Source: Clostridia bacterium (GTDB lineage: Bacteria; Bacillota; Clostridia; Christensenellales; CAG-138). Taken from it: 64,000 nucleotides of DNA. Shown one piece after another: positions 35,216 through 45,936 of this stretch. The stretch's first letter is position 1. Every line of letters starts with the position of its first letter. Location: positions 16,074 to 80,073 of the forward strand of contig DAOPJM010000003.1 of the NCBI GenBank assembly GCA_035399665.1, given 5' to 3'. The notes under the pieces were generated by a model. The model was not told the DNA's origin and ran no database searches. It worked only from the letters and a program-made list of their open reading frames with translations. The translations under genes and the position numbers were made by a program.

Positions 35216-36634
35216 ATGCTTTACGCCGCCCTCGGTGCTTGCGCGGCGGTATTGTCCTTTCACTACCTCCCCCGTCCTCTCGTATTCGCCCTAATATGCG
35301 TGTCGCTTATCCTTAGCGGAGTTTTGTTCTTCAGACGGTTGAAGCTCTTTCTTTTCCCGCTTGCGCTGTGCCTTGTTTTCATCCGTATGTATCTTGTTCC
35401 GATAGACAAGTCTGTCAACGGTACTTTTGAGATAACGGGCGTCGTCGCCGTTTATCCCGCGGAGAACGACGATCAAAGCATACTGATACTAAAGGATGTA
35501 AAGCTAAACGGCGTCTCGCAAAACGGCAGGCTCAAGCTTTACTGCCCCTTGGACGATTACTGTATTGGTGACAGTATTACTACATGCGCTGATGTGTATG
35601 AACCGCCCGACTTCGCAGATGCCGCAAATGACGCGGTTACGCATTGCGCAAATACCGAATTTACGCCTGAGGTTGAAGTAAACCCGCACTATTTCGACCT
35701 GATGACCATCCCAAATTTTCTTCGCTCTTACTTTAGCAAAGCGGTCAAAGCCATGTATGACGATTACTCCGGCCTTGTGCTTGGGCTTATACTTGGTGAG
35801 AAGAGCAGCGTAGGCTATACTACCATGCAGATGTTCAAGCGAAGCGGCTTGATTCACATCTTCGCCGTGTCGGGTCTGCACTATTCATATATTATCGGCG
35901 TGTTCCTTTGTCTAAACAAAAGCATACACATCAAGACTTTTTTCATAACGCTTGGCGCTTCATTGCTGTTCGCCGCGTTCACGGGCTTCTCACCCTCGGT
36001 TATGCGCGCCGCCGTTATGCTGTGCGTAATATCGTTTACGCGTTCAACCTGGCGAGTTTCGGATCCAATGTCGTCCCTTTTGCTTGCCTTCTTTGTCGTG
36101 CTGTTAATTAAGCCCTTCTCCCTCTACTCTCTGGGCTTTCAGCTTTCCTTCGCGTCCATGTTTGGGATTGTGTGCCACGCTGAGTCCATCTCGCGGATAA
36201 CTCCGCTTCCATTTACCTTTGTAAATGAAAACATCTCCACAGCCATTGCGTCAACCACTGCCTCCGCGCCCATTCTCTGTCGCTATTTTGGCGGCATTTC
36301 GCTCATAGGTCTGCCTATATCGATAGTTGTTCTGCCCGTTATCGGCCCCTTGCTCATACTCATCATGCTGAGCGTAATGGGTTACGCCATATACCCCATG
36401 ATAGGCAAGCTGCTTTCGTATGCGGTTAAGGTCGTGCTTGACGCCATCATTTGGCTTGTCAAACCGGTCAGCTTCCCCTTGTTCGCTATGCCCTCCCCAA
36501 GCATTTTGGTCATTTTTCTCTACCTGCTTTCTGTGTTCCTCATAAGTCCCATTCATACCAACGGCAAGCGTACGCCACTTCTTGCGGGCTTCTGTATGCT
36601 CGTCCTCTCCGCTGCACTCTGGATACTCGTATGA
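35216..36634 (+). CDS. comEC: ComEC/Rec2-family competence channel protein (no C-terminal MBL domain)
   Basis: The competence domain reads GLILGEKSSVGYTTMQMFKRSGLIHIFAVSGLHYSYI. The start is ambiguous: GTG 35153 lies 6 nt after a TATACT box, and ATG 35216 follows GAGAGAG. Confidence 0.8.
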   Translation: MLYAALGACAAVLSFHYLPRPLVFALICVSLILSGVLFFRRLKLFLFPLALCLVFIRMYLVPIDKSVNGTFEITGVVAVYPAENDDQSILILKDVKLNGVSQNGRLKLYCPLDDYCIGDSITTCADVYEPPDFADAANDAVTHCANTEFTPEVEVNPHYFDLMTIPNFLRSYFSKAVKAMYDDYSGLVLGLILGEKSSVGYTTMQMFKRSGLIHIFAVSGLHYSYIIGVFLCLNKSIHIKTFFITLGASLLFAAFTGFSPSVMRAAVMLCVISFTRSTWRVSDPMSSLLLAFFVVLLIKPFSLYSLGFQLSFASMFGIVCHAESISRITPLPFTFVNENISTAIASTTASAPILCRYFGGISLIGLPISIVVLPVIGPLLILIMLSVMGYAIYPMIGKLLSYAVKVVLDAIIWLVKPVSFPLFAMPSPSILVIFLYLLSVFLISPIHTNGKRTPLLAGFCMLVLSAALWILV

Positions 36635-36647
36635 AATTCGTATAGCA

Positions 36648-36677
36648 AAAGGGCAAGGTCTTTCAGCCCTGCCCTTT
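36648..36677. terminator. bidirectional hairpin between convergent genes
   Basis: AAAGGGCA (36648-36655) pairs with TGCCCTTT (36670-36677). Confidence 0.5.
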
Positions 36678-36699
36678 ACATTGTCTCTTTGCCGCTTGT

Positions 36700-38454
36700 C
36701 TATTTCTTCTTCTTGACCACAGCACCGCCGATTATCGCCGCCGCCGCTACCGCCGCCGCAATGCCTATACACACCCACAGGGTAGTCTTGCTGTGAGCCT
36801 GTGGTTTCGTTTCAGTCACGGCTTCATCTGTCGCAAGGGGCTGTTCTGTAACCTCTGACTGCTCTTTGGCGTTTGGATCCGCGGTAGGCTCCGCCGGAGC
36901 TTCGGTAGGCTCTGTCGTTGCTTTCACATATGTTCCCGCGGGAATAAAGTGTGTCGCTTCGTAGGTCTTGCCGTTGTTGCAGATTATCACAAAGTTTATT
37001 GTTGTGTCCTCGTTGCCATCCTTGACCAACTTCGAGGGATCAAGATTTAGTCTGCCCTCATCATCCACCGATGGGTTGTAGGATATGCGGTAATTCGCGC
37101 TTGTCACAACAACGTTATGGGGCATATCTTTAGCGCCCTCATCGGGATAGTAATAGGCGATAATCCCGCCGCCTACGGCCCTGTATCTTCCCGCAATGAA
37201 GTTGGCAATCAGCTTGACGGGTTCTCCATTCTCCGTCACCAAACTATATTTGTTGGCTTCGGTCTCGTCCGCCACAAGCTGACACGCTATGTGTTGAACC
37301 GAGCTTTCGGCCGCGCCGCTTTCCTTGTCGTGTACTACATAAGCTACCTTGGACGTCCAGCACTTCTCAAGCTGATCCGCACGATAGAGCCTGTGGCAGC
37401 ACTCCTCGTCGGTCGCGGCCGCCGAGTCGTTGCTGTAAAAGTAATCAACTCCGTCGATGGTCTCATAACCTACTATCGCGATTAGATGACCATCCGTGGA
37501 CAGCGGTGCGTTCTCAAGGTAGTTGTTCGAAGCTTCATTTGTGTTATACTTGACGCTGATGCCGACGGGATAGCCTTTTGCAAGCTCCTGCCTCAGAAAA
37601 TCCAGATTGGCATAAGCCACATAGGACTCATAGCCGTATTCGGCCGCTGCCGCAACGCTGTACGACCAGTTGCCAAAGCCGTCATATACGGAATCATAAT
37701 CAAGAAGCGCAACCTCCTCCGGCATAAGGTCCTCACCCTTGTCATTCAGCAGGACGCAAATCGTAACCGCGCTGCACATGGAGCTTGCCATTGAGTTCTC
37801 GCGTATACCCTGCGCGTATGCGGGGCTGTAAAGCAAAACCTTTTCGGGAAGCTCCACTGTCTCCTCAATATATACAGGGGCAATTGCCTGACCGTCAAGC
37901 GTGTTCTTGTAGCTTACCGCAAGCTGACGCACGGTTGGTGTTACCGCGGCGTCGTTTGTGTGCATGACAACCATAATCTGAACCTTGCTTGCCGTCTCGC
38001 CTGAGCTGCCCTTGACTATGAAGGTGTCAACATCGATATAGGCAAGATCGTCGGAATCCTCGGTCGAAGCTCTCTTTACGCTCTTTGACCATTCACCCCA
38101 ACTCATCCATCCCGACCAAGCGTCCTTCATGTCCACATAAGCCCTGACCTTCACCTCAATCTTGGTTCCGTCGGGAGTGTCGCTGTTCCATGAAGCTACA
38201 AGATACTCAAAGGCTTCTACGCAGTATTCAGCACTCGTGAAAACGCCGTCGGTCTGCCCCTCTGCAAGCTTTAATGCGCCGTCGCCTATGCTCTCATCAA
38301 TCACGAGCCCTTCAAGCGTACCCGCGTTGAAGTCCTCGACTGTCGTTACCTTGAACACGTTTCCTTCTACCTCCGTTTTGACTTCGGCTGCCGCCGATGC
38401 CGCCATACTCACGGCAAGCAGCAGCACAATGATAAATGCTATACTCTTTTTCAT
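36700..38454 (-). CDS. C39-like cysteine peptidase domain surface protein (YvpB-like), C-terminally anchored
   Basis: A signal peptide is present. The candidate catalytic Cys lies in SSMCSAVTICVLL and the His in DGHLIAIVGYE. A T/E/P-rich stalk precedes a C-terminal TM helix ending in KKKK. Confidence 0.7.
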   Translation of the reverse strand: MKKSIAFIIVLLLAVSMAASAAAEVKTEVEGNVFKVTTVEDFNAGTLEGLVIDESIGDGALKLAEGQTDGVFTSAEYCVEAFEYLVASWNSDTPDGTKIEVKVRAYVDMKDAWSGWMSWGEWSKSVKRASTEDSDDLAYIDVDTFIVKGSSGETASKVQIMVVMHTNDAAVTPTVRQLAVSYKNTLDGQAIAPVYIEETVELPEKVLLYSPAYAQGIRENSMASSMCSAVTICVLLNDKGEDLMPEEVALLDYDSVYDGFGNWSYSVAAAAEYGYESYVAYANLDFLRQELAKGYPVGISVKYNTNEASNNYLENAPLSTDGHLIAIVGYETIDGVDYFYSNDSAAATDEECCHRLYRADQLEKCWTSKVAYVVHDKESGAAESSVQHIACQLVADETEANKYSLVTENGEPVKLIANFIAGRYRAVGGGIIAYYYPDEGAKDMPHNVVVTSANYRISYNPSVDDEGRLNLDPSKLVKDGNEDTTINFVIICNNGKTYEATHFIPAGTYVKATTEPTEAPAEPTADPNAKEQSEVTEQPLATDEAVTETKPQAHSKTTLWVCIGIAAAVAAAAIIGGAVVKKKK

Positions 38455-38469
38455 CTGTATTACCTCCGT

Positions 38470-39408
38470 TTAGAATGTTTCTCTGAACACCCAAAGGGCG
38501 TTTCTAAAGAACATGCCATCGACAAAGCTCGATGAATAGCCCGCCGAAAGCATATCGTCATACAGCTTGGGAAGATAGCTAATATCGGGGTACTCGCTGT
38601 ACTCGGCTCCAAACCCGTCAAAGTCTGTTCCAATCGCCGCTACTCCCTCTCCGCCAACCTTCACCATCTGATCAAGGTGCCTTTTGATATTCTCAAAGGA
38701 TACCCGCTTGTCGCTGCCTAAGAACTCAGGGCAGAAATTCAAGCCTATCACGCCGCCCGTGTCGGCTATGGCCCTAATCTCCTCATCGGTCATATTGCGT
38801 CTGTGATCCTGAACACTTCTTGACAAGGAATGAGAAGCTATCACGGGCTTTTTGCTGAGCTCGGCAAGCTCCAAGGTGCCTCCCCTGTTAAGGTGGGACA
38901 CATCGGGAATGATACCAAGCTCATTCAAGAGTTCGACAGCTTCCCTGCCCTTGGGCTTTAGGCCCCTGTTATGGTACTCATAGTCCTCTTTGTTCTGATA
39001 TGCAAGCGGGGTCTCGCTGTCCCAGACAAAGCCTAAGATGCGAACACCAAGCTTTCTAATGTCTCTGAGCTTATCAATGTCGTCGCCAATAACCCTTGAA
39101 TCCTCAACGGTTTTCATGATTCCGCATTTACCTGTAAGCCTTGCCATGGCGATATCCTCATAGTTCTCCACGAACATAAGGCTGTCGGATTGCTCCTCGA
39201 TAACGCGTTTGTAGAACTCGTAGAACTCCATCCAGCTCTCGAAGGTGTCGGGTGAAAGCTCGTTGTTAAACAGCGCAAAGCATTGCACCAGACAATCCGC
39301 CTTCTTTAGGCGTTCGATATCAATGTCCAATCCGTTATGCACAAGTGAATCGGCTCTGCCGCGCCAAAGCTGATATATCGTATCCGAATGCAGATCTATG
39401 TACGCCAT
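38470..39408 (-). CDS. membrane-dipeptidase family (M19) metallopeptidase
   Basis: MAYIDLHSDT (HxD motif), ASHSLSRSV and GVIGLNF are present. Confidence 0.85.
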   Translation of the reverse strand: MAYIDLHSDTIYQLWRGRADSLVHNGLDIDIERLKKADCLVQCFALFNNELSPDTFESWMEFYEFYKRVIEEQSDSLMFVENYEDIAMARLTGKCGIMKTVEDSRVIGDDIDKLRDIRKLGVRILGFVWDSETPLAYQNKEDYEYHNRGLKPKGREAVELLNELGIIPDVSHLNRGGTLELAELSKKPVIASHSLSRSVQDHRRNMTDEEIRAIADTGGVIGLNFCPEFLGSDKRVSFENIKRHLDQMVKVGGEGVAAIGTDFDGFGAEYSEYPDISYLPKLYDDMLSAGYSSSFVDGMFFRNALWVFRETF

Positions 39409-39409
39409 C

Positions 39410-40780
39410 TTACAGCTTCCTCAGCTCGACAAGCTCCCGCTCACAATCGAAGTCGGAGAACCCAAGTCCCTTGTCCTCGTACTCTATCTCGCCGCTTTGA
39501 TTGTCATAAGGGTCGGCTCTCCAATGCTTCTTATCCGGCATGAGCGGAGCTTGAAACTCCCTGTTTGCCACCATGCGGAAGGGGTCAAGGTTGCCGAAAT
39601 AGAATCTGCGCCTTGTCTCAAGCCCCGAACGCTCGGAGCCGCCGCCGAACGAAGGATCGCAGAACAGCCATCCATAAGGCTCAACAAAGAACTGAGTCCA
39701 GTCATGAGCGCCGCAGCTGTCGGGTGAAGCGCAGGTGCAGCTCTGCCAACGGGCGGGTATTCCGGCACAGCGGCAAAGCGTGATAAACAGCAGCGCCTGA
39801 ACGCCGCAGTCTCCCCTGAGGTTTCTTGCACAGTTCTCGGCGATATTCTCCAGACCGAAGTAAGCGCGCATATACGAGTACTTCACGTTCTTTGTAATGA
39901 AGTCGTAGAAAGCCCTTGCTTTCTCCATCGGATCGTCGGTATGCCCCGCAAGGGACTTGACCAAAGCCTTGATGTAAGGTGTGAACATGATATGAGGGGG
40001 CTTCTCCTCAACATCAAAGTCATACTCCTTGGGCGTGCCGTGCGCTTCATAGGCATTGACATATTCAACCGAATTGATGTAGGAATACTCAACGAAGAAT
40101 TCGCGGTTCTCCTCCAGCACGGTCTCAAAGCATATTGTTCGCTGCTCGGCGTCCTCGGGCGCGATAACGCAGGGCAAATCGGTATGATTCAATATCCTGA
40201 TGTCGAATATCTGCTTCGCCTTGGCGGGTATGGGGATATGCACACGCACAAACCCCGCCTTGAAGCTCTCGTCCTCTATCCTGACCGAAACACGCAGACG
40301 AATTAGGTAAGCCGCTTTGCCTGTCTCCATCATCTCCGCGATGGTGGTATCTAAAAGCTTATCCTCCGCGTCGCCCTCATTCTTAGCGTCCGCGCCCTGC
40401 CCCGCCCTTGACGCAAATTCGGGATAAACCTTGAGCAGGGTCTTGTAGAAGCGCAGAAAATATCTCTCCTCGCCGTTGATGTATATCCAGTCTATCTTGT
40501 TCTCGTCCAACAGCTCTGTGAACTCCTCCTCGGTAAAGTCGGGGATGTCAGCGCGTATCATGGCAAGAGCCGTCCGACGGTCAAAGGGGTAGTCCTCGTC
40601 AATGCGGCTTATAAGCTCGCGCTCCACCGTCATGCACTTCTTCAGCTCATCGGGGACATTCTCCTTCAGCCTGCGGTCAATGAGCCTTATAGCTCCGTCA
40701 AAATCGCCGTACTGCTTCCTGCGCTCTATGTCGCCCGGAAGCCCCACCGAAAGGTATTCAAAATAATCGTTTATACCCAT
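39410..40780 (-). CDS. transglutaminase-like cysteine-protease-fold protein
   Basis: The core reads LRGDCGVQALLFITLCRCAGIPARW...GAHDW, which supplies Cys, His and Asp. Confidence 0.8.
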   Translation of the reverse strand: MGINDYFEYLSVGLPGDIERRKQYGDFDGAIRLIDRRLKENVPDELKKCMTVERELISRIDEDYPFDRRTALAMIRADIPDFTEEEFTELLDENKIDWIYINGEERYFLRFYKTLLKVYPEFASRAGQGADAKNEGDAEDKLLDTTIAEMMETGKAAYLIRLRVSVRIEDESFKAGFVRVHIPIPAKAKQIFDIRILNHTDLPCVIAPEDAEQRTICFETVLEENREFFVEYSYINSVEYVNAYEAHGTPKEYDFDVEEKPPHIMFTPYIKALVKSLAGHTDDPMEKARAFYDFITKNVKYSYMRAYFGLENIAENCARNLRGDCGVQALLFITLCRCAGIPARWQSCTCASPDSCGAHDWTQFFVEPYGWLFCDPSFGGGSERSGLETRRRFYFGNLDPFRMVANREFQAPLMPDKKHWRADPYDNQSGEIEYEDKGLGFSDFDCERELVELRKL

Positions 40781-40788
40781 AACTCACC

Positions 40789-41601
40789 TCAAAATATAGA
40801 TCCGACGTAAAGTATGTTCTTGGCGTGATCCTCTCGATACTTGGGATCGCCCTCGTTTAGAGAGTTAATCACTACCCCATCGCTGCCTGCCGCACTTGTC
40901 GAGTTGATGTAATACCCGCCGCCTAAGTACATGGCGATATGCCGCGGGAAATAAAGCAGGTCGCCCGGTTTAATGTCCTCAAAGGCAATCCTGTGTACAG
41001 GAAAGCCCTCCTCTATCCTTGCGTTTCTGTATATGGTCACGCCGTTAATGAGATAGCTTTCACCGCAAAGTCCCGAACAGTCTATGCCCAGCGGAGTTCT
41101 GCCTCCCCATCTGTACTGCGTCCCAAGGTAGCTCATCGCCGTTGCCGTGACGCCGCGTCTGAACTCGTCCTCGTCCACGTCCCTTTGTGACTTATACGCT
41201 GTAAGATGCGAGTTGCGGATGAACGCCGTTTTGCCGCCTATCATTCGTACCCTCGTCCAAGTGTCATCCTTGCCTAAAGTTACCAAAAGCGCACCCCTTG
41301 TCACCATGAACAATATCGGGTGCTGCATGGTTTCGCCATCTATCAAATCCGCGGTTTGGCGCAGCACAAGGCGAAGCTCGAAATTGTCGTAGTACTCAAG
41401 CTCTTTCTCGTCAAAGCAAAGATACTTGGATTCTATAAAGCTCTCGTATCTGTATGGGGTTCTGACCTTCAGCCATGACTCGTCTATGCGTTCAAGAATT
41501 TCAGCCGTCATGCCATACAGCATCTCATCGTCACGCTCCGCCCCAACCTCAGGCTTGAGATAGAGCGGAGCGACGTCAACCTTGACCAATGCTCTTTGCA
41601 T
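40789..41601 (-). CDS. SH3b + NlpC/P60 (C40) peptidase, YkfC-like gamma-D-glutamyl-diamino-acid endopeptidase
   Basis: YRWGGRTPLGIDCSGL supplies the catalytic Cys and GDLLYFPRHIAMYLG supplies the His. The N-terminal domain is SH3-like. Confidence 0.8.
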   Translation of the reverse strand: MQRALVKVDVAPLYLKPEVGAERDDEMLYGMTAEILERIDESWLKVRTPYRYESFIESKYLCFDEKELEYYDNFELRLVLRQTADLIDGETMQHPILFMVTRGALLVTLGKDDTWTRVRMIGGKTAFIRNSHLTAYKSQRDVDEDEFRRGVTATAMSYLGTQYRWGGRTPLGIDCSGLCGESYLINGVTIYRNARIEEGFPVHRIAFEDIKPGDLLYFPRHIAMYLGGGYYINSTSAAGSDGVVINSLNEGDPKYREDHAKNILYVGSIF

Positions 41602-42608
41602 TATTTTTCTCCGTTTTCGCAGGATTCCTGCTTGCGGCGCGGCTCATCGGCTTCCTCAGGCTTTGAAGCTGAAAGCTCCTGCCTGTATCCCTCAAGCTCA
41701 GGCTCGTTCCCGTATACGAAATGGCCCTTCTCAATCTCGTGCCAGTACGGCTTATCGACGCTGTAATCATGCGCCGAAGGATCGTAGGTCAGCAGCACCT
41801 TATGCTTTTCATACTCCGGGTCGGCAAGCGGCACCGCTGAAAGTAAGGCCTTCGTATAGGGATGCAGCGGATGCGCGAAAAGCTTCTCACACTCGGCAAG
41901 CTCGACAATAACACCTTTGTGGATGACGGCTATGCGGTCGGATATGAAGCGCATGACCGACAGGTCGTGAGCTATGAAGAGATAGGTCAAACCTCTCTCC
42001 TTCTTGAGCTTGTTCATAAGGTTCAGCACCTGCGCCCTTATAGAAACGTCCAAAGCGGAAATGGGTTCGTCAGCGATTATGAACTGAGGCTGCATAATGA
42101 GCGAACGCGCAATGCCTATCCTCTGCCTTTGACCGCCGGAAAACTCGTGCGGGAACCTCGTCGCAAACTCCGGAAGCAAGCCGACCTCCAAGAGCGCCTT
42201 GGCGACCTTGGTCTCTCTTTCCTCGCTTGACAGGTGTTTCTCGACATTGATAAGACCCTCGGAGACTATGTAGTCAACCTTGGCGCGCTCGTTTAGAGAC
42301 GCCATTGGGTCTTGGAATATCATCTGAATCTCCTGCGTGACCTTCTTGTCCAACGCGCGGGAAATCTTTCCGTTTATCTTGTCACCCTTGTAAATGACTT
42401 CGCCTCCGCTCATCGGGTTAATCCTGATGATTGCGCGGCCTATTGTTGTTTTACCGGATCCGGATTCACCGACAAGGCCGAAGGTTTCGCCCTTGTAGAT
42501 GTCGAATGAAACACCCTTGATTGCTTCAAACTTGTTGCGCCCTTTCCCGAACACAACATGCATGTCGCGGACGCTTACCAATACCTCGTTTACTTCATCG
42601 TAATTCAT
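41601..42608 (-). CDS. oppF: oligopeptide ABC ATP-binding protein
   Basis: Walker [10 protein letters not shown], signature FSGGQRQR, and the Opp C-terminal extension are present. Confidence 0.9.
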   Translation of the reverse strand: MNYDEVNEVLVSVRDMHVVFGKGRNKFEAIKGVSFDIYKGETFGLVGESGSGKTTIGRAIIRINPMSGGEVIYKGDKINGKISRALDKKVTQEIQMIFQDPMASLNERAKVDYIVSEGLINVEKHLSSEERETKVAKALLEVGLLPEFATRFPHEFSGGQRQRIGIARSLIMQPQFIIADEPISALDVSIRAQVLNLMNKLKKERGLTYLFIAHDLSVMRFISDRIAVIHKGVIVELAECEKLFAHPLHPYTKALLSAVPLADPEYEKHKVLLTYDPSAHDYSVDKPYWHEIEKGHFVYGNEPELEGYRQELSASKPEEADEPRRKQESCENGEK

Positions 42609-43675
42609 TGGCGAACCTCCTTATGCGCTTCACGGAGTGCGGCTATGTGCGGCGGCGGCTCCACCTTGGGGGCGCGCTCGTCAAGCAGCCACGTCTTGGC
42701 CTTGTGCGTCGGCGACACCTCAAAGTAAGGCGGTCTGTGCAGGAAGTCAACCTTCAGCGCGTTTGGGTTTCTCGGCGCGAAAGCATCGCCCTTTATCACA
42801 TTGAACAGATTCGGAGGAGTTCCTTCTATTGAATACAAATCCTCGCCCTTTATGCCAAGCTGCGGCAGGGACGACAGCAGCGCCCATGTGTAGGGATGCT
42901 GCGGATCGTAGAACACATCGTTGCACTTGCCGACCTCAACGATGTCACCTGCGTACATGACGGCGATTCTGTCCGCGACGTTGGCGACAACGCCCAAGTC
43001 ATGCGTGATGTAGATTGTGGTCAGATTGTACTTATTCTTCAGATCCTTGATAAGATTCAGTATCTGCGCCTGTATTGTAACGTCCAAAGCGGTCGTCGGC
43101 TCATCACAGATTAGTATCTTAGGGTTGCAGGCCATAGCTATCGCTATAACGACACGCTGCCGCATACCGCCTGAAAACTCATGCGGATACTGCTTATATC
43201 TTCTTTCAGGCTCCGGTATGCCGACGTCGTTCAGAATCTGTACGCACTCATTGTACGCGGCGGTTCCCACAAGATTCTGATGCAGCTTCAGCGCCTCGCC
43301 TATCTGCGCGCCTATGGTCTTTAGGGGGTTAAGGCTCGTCATGGGGTCCTGCATGACCATGGCAATCTCCTTACCTCTAATCTGCAGCCAATCCTTGTCA
43401 GTCTTGAACTTGGCAAGGTCCATTCCGTTATAAAGAATCTCGCCCGAATCAACCCAGCCATTTCTATCAAGCAGACCTATGAAGTTCTTGACGAATACGG
43501 ACTTGCCTGAACCGCTCTCACCGACTATGGCAAAGCTTTCGCCACGATTGATGTCAAGGCTTATGCCGCGAATTGCGTGCAGCACCTTTCCACGGAGGCT
43601 GAACTTTACATTCAAATCCTTTACGGACAATATTACGTCATGTTGCTGTTCCACTTCGCTCACCTCCTTATACAT
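42605..43675 (-). CDS. oppD: oligopeptide ABC ATP-binding protein
   Basis: Walker [10 protein letters not shown], signature FSGGMRQR, and a 4-nt overlap with oppF. Confidence 0.9.
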   Translation of the reverse strand: MYKEVSEVEQQHDVILSVKDLNVKFSLRGKVLHAIRGISLDINRGESFAIVGESGSGKSVFVKNFIGLLDRNGWVDSGEILYNGMDLAKFKTDKDWLQIRGKEIAMVMQDPMTSLNPLKTIGAQIGEALKLHQNLVGTAAYNECVQILNDVGIPEPERRYKQYPHEFSGGMRQRVVIAIAMACNPKILICDEPTTALDVTIQAQILNLIKDLKNKYNLTTIYITHDLGVVANVADRIAVMYAGDIVEVGKCNDVFYDPQHPYTWALLSSLPQLGIKGEDLYSIEGTPPNLFNVIKGDAFAPRNPNALKVDFLHRPPYFEVSPTHKAKTWLLDERAPKVEPPPHIAALREAHKEVRQ

Positions 43676-44888
43676 GGTTCTTCGGGTCGGAGGCGTCAGC
43701 GAAGGCGTTGCCGACCAAGTAGAAGCATATCGTAATTATGGAAAGAATGATTGCGGGGAACCACAGCTGATACCTAAGTCCGGGATAGGTGATATATCCG
43801 CGGCCAATGTTCACAAGGTTGCCCAAGGAAGGTATGTCGATTGGCAGACCAATTCCGATATATGTCATGAAAACCTCGCTTCCGATAGCGCTCGGAATGG
43901 CAAGAGCCATACGAAGCATGACGACCGAAACCATCTGCGGCAGCAGGTTCTTGAAGATAATCCTGCGTGTCGGCGTACCTAAGCAGCGGGACGCAAGGTT
44001 GAAGTCGCGGTCGCGAATGATCAGAACCTGATTCCTTACGAATCGCGCAAGACCGAGCCAGCGGGTAACGCACATCGCAATGATGATGGTGCTTACGCTT
44101 GGCTTCATGATGTAGGCCGCCAATATCAATATGATGGTACTGGGGATGTTATCAACTATGTTGTACAGCTCGGTAAAGAAGAAGTCCAGCTTCCTGACAT
44201 AGCCCCAAAGCATACCCATGATGATTCCGACCACAGCTTCCACAATAGCGACCATTATACCTATGAACAGCGACGTCCTTGTGCCTTGCCACAGTCTTGA
44301 CCACAGATCTTGGCCTATACGATTCGTTCCGAAGATGAAGATGCCAACATCCTCCTCGCCGTCGAACAAGTCCTTAAAGGCTGCCGACATCCTGTGAAAG
44401 TATCTTGTGACGCTCCAAGAGATGCGCTCGAAGAACGGCAAGGCGTCCTTGGCTTCCTCGTCCAAAAAGTCAATCTCCTGGGTACCATCCCAGATAATCG
44501 ACCAGGTTGGCTTGCGATTCTTTATTGGAGTTCCGCCCTTCGCGTGTGTTGCGGGATAGTTGTTTATCGCGTTGGCGTCGCGCTGCCCGGGCAGGTACGG
44601 TTGAATGAAGGTGAAGATAACGAGTATAGCCATAATGATGAGCATGGCAACGGCCAACTTGTTCTTGAAGAACATCCTGAGGGTGCTTCCCCAATATGAA
44701 TAGTTGGAATAGCCTATGCGCTCGGCTTGGCTTGCGTCATAATCAGCCTTTTGAAACAGGTCGTTCGATAGACCCTGTATTTCCTCAGTATTGAGATCGT
44801 CCTTGGCGTTTAGCAGCTGCTCTGAGCTTTGGACAACGCTTTGCTCATGCTGACGGCATTTCCTTTCGGAGGGAGACCACTTACTCAT
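43668..44888 (-). CDS. oppC: oligopeptide ABC permease
   Basis: BPD_transp_1-type permease with a long N-terminal extension. It overlaps its neighbours. Confidence 0.85.
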   Translation of the reverse strand: MSKWSPSERKCRQHEQSVVQSSEQLLNAKDDLNTEEIQGLSNDLFQKADYDASQAERIGYSNYSYWGSTLRMFFKNKLAVAMLIIMAILVIFTFIQPYLPGQRDANAINNYPATHAKGGTPIKNRKPTWSIIWDGTQEIDFLDEEAKDALPFFERISWSVTRYFHRMSAAFKDLFDGEEDVGIFIFGTNRIGQDLWSRLWQGTRTSLFIGIMVAIVEAVVGIIMGMLWGYVRKLDFFFTELYNIVDNIPSTIILILAAYIMKPSVSTIIIAMCVTRWLGLARFVRNQVLIIRDRDFNLASRCLGTPTRRIIFKNLLPQMVSVVMLRMALAIPSAIGSEVFMTYIGIGLPIDIPSLGNLVNIGRGYITYPGLRYQLWFPAIILSIITICFYLVGNAFADASDPKNHV

Positions 44889-45826
44889 CTTGAACCCTCC
44901 TTCTTAACAAAGCTGATGCGCGGATCGACTATGCCCATCAAAATGTCGCCGAGCAACAAACCAAGTATGCTGAGCGATGCGTATATGACTATCAAGGCAA
45001 GCACCATGGAGTTGTCCTGCTTACGGATAACGTCAACCAGCAGGCCGCCCATTCCGGGTATGGAATACAGCGACTCCACATATATGGAACCTGAGATGGT
45101 GAGCAGTATTGAGCCGGGTATGAAGTTGACCATGGGAACGACAGAATTACGGAAAACGTGCTTGAACCAAATCGCAGAATTGCTCACGCCCTTTGCGCGG
45201 GCGAGCTTTATGTAATCCTTATTCGCTTCGTCAACCATATAGCGTCTAAGCCACATTGCGTAGCCCGCGATGGAAGGAAGCGACAGGGAGATGATTGGAA
45301 GAATTATGCTTCTGGTGACCGCCTCATCGTACAACAGACTGATGTTCAGCAGCTGAGAACCGTACAGCTGTATGAAAAGGAAGTAGACCGCATTGGGAAC
45401 CGCCTGTATGAACACGATAAAGCCGTTGCCAAGTTTATCGGCAAGACCGCCTTTATTTCGCGCCATCAACGCACCCAACGCCATGCCGAGCGGAAGGCTC
45501 AGCGCCATCGAAATCAGTCCGAACTTTGCCGAGACCCATATCTTTGGCGCGATAATCTCGTTAATGCTGACGTTGACCCTGTAACGCCGCGATATGCCGA
45601 GATTGCCGGTCAGCAGCATCTTAAAAAATCTGACGACCTGTACGGGCAGAGGATCCTTCAAGCCAAGCCTTACAAGACCCGACTGTATCTCCGCCTCGGT
45701 CATCTTCTCATAATTATCGAAGTAGCCTTCCACGGGCATGAACTGCAGCAGCAGAAAGACTACCGTGATTATGACCACAAGAGTGATCAAAGAACGCCCC
45801 AAACGCTTTAGTATGTAGAGAAACAT
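44885..45826 (-). CDS. oppB: oligopeptide ABC permease
   Basis: MFLYILKRLGRSLITLVVIITVVFLL is a typical OppB/DppB N-terminus. Confidence 0.9.
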   Translation of the reverse strand: MFLYILKRLGRSLITLVVIITVVFLLLQFMPVEGYFDNYEKMTEAEIQSGLVRLGLKDPLPVQVVRFFKMLLTGNLGISRRYRVNVSINEIIAPKIWVSAKFGLISMALSLPLGMALGALMARNKGGLADKLGNGFIVFIQAVPNAVYFLFIQLYGSQLLNISLLYDEAVTRSIILPIISLSLPSIAGYAMWLRRYMVDEANKDYIKLARAKGVSNSAIWFKHVFRNSVVPMVNFIPGSILLTISGSIYVESLYSIPGMGGLLVDVIRKQDNSMVLALIVIYASLSILGLLLGDILMGIVDPRISFVKKEGSR

Positions 45827-45859
45827 TTATGCACCCCCTCGCCAATTCGCGATTTTGGT

Positions 45860-45902
45860 ATAAAAACGGCTCTACCCTGCGTTTTGCGGGGCAGAGCCGT
45901 TT
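45860..45902 (-). terminator. attenuating terminator between oppA and oppB
   Basis: A 17-nt imperfect stem AAACGGCTCTGCCCCGC/GCAGGGTAGAGCCGTTT is followed by TTTTAT on the minus strand. Confidence 0.6.
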
Positions 45903-45936
45903 GAATCACAGTGTCAGTTTGAAGCTTTGACTGTCT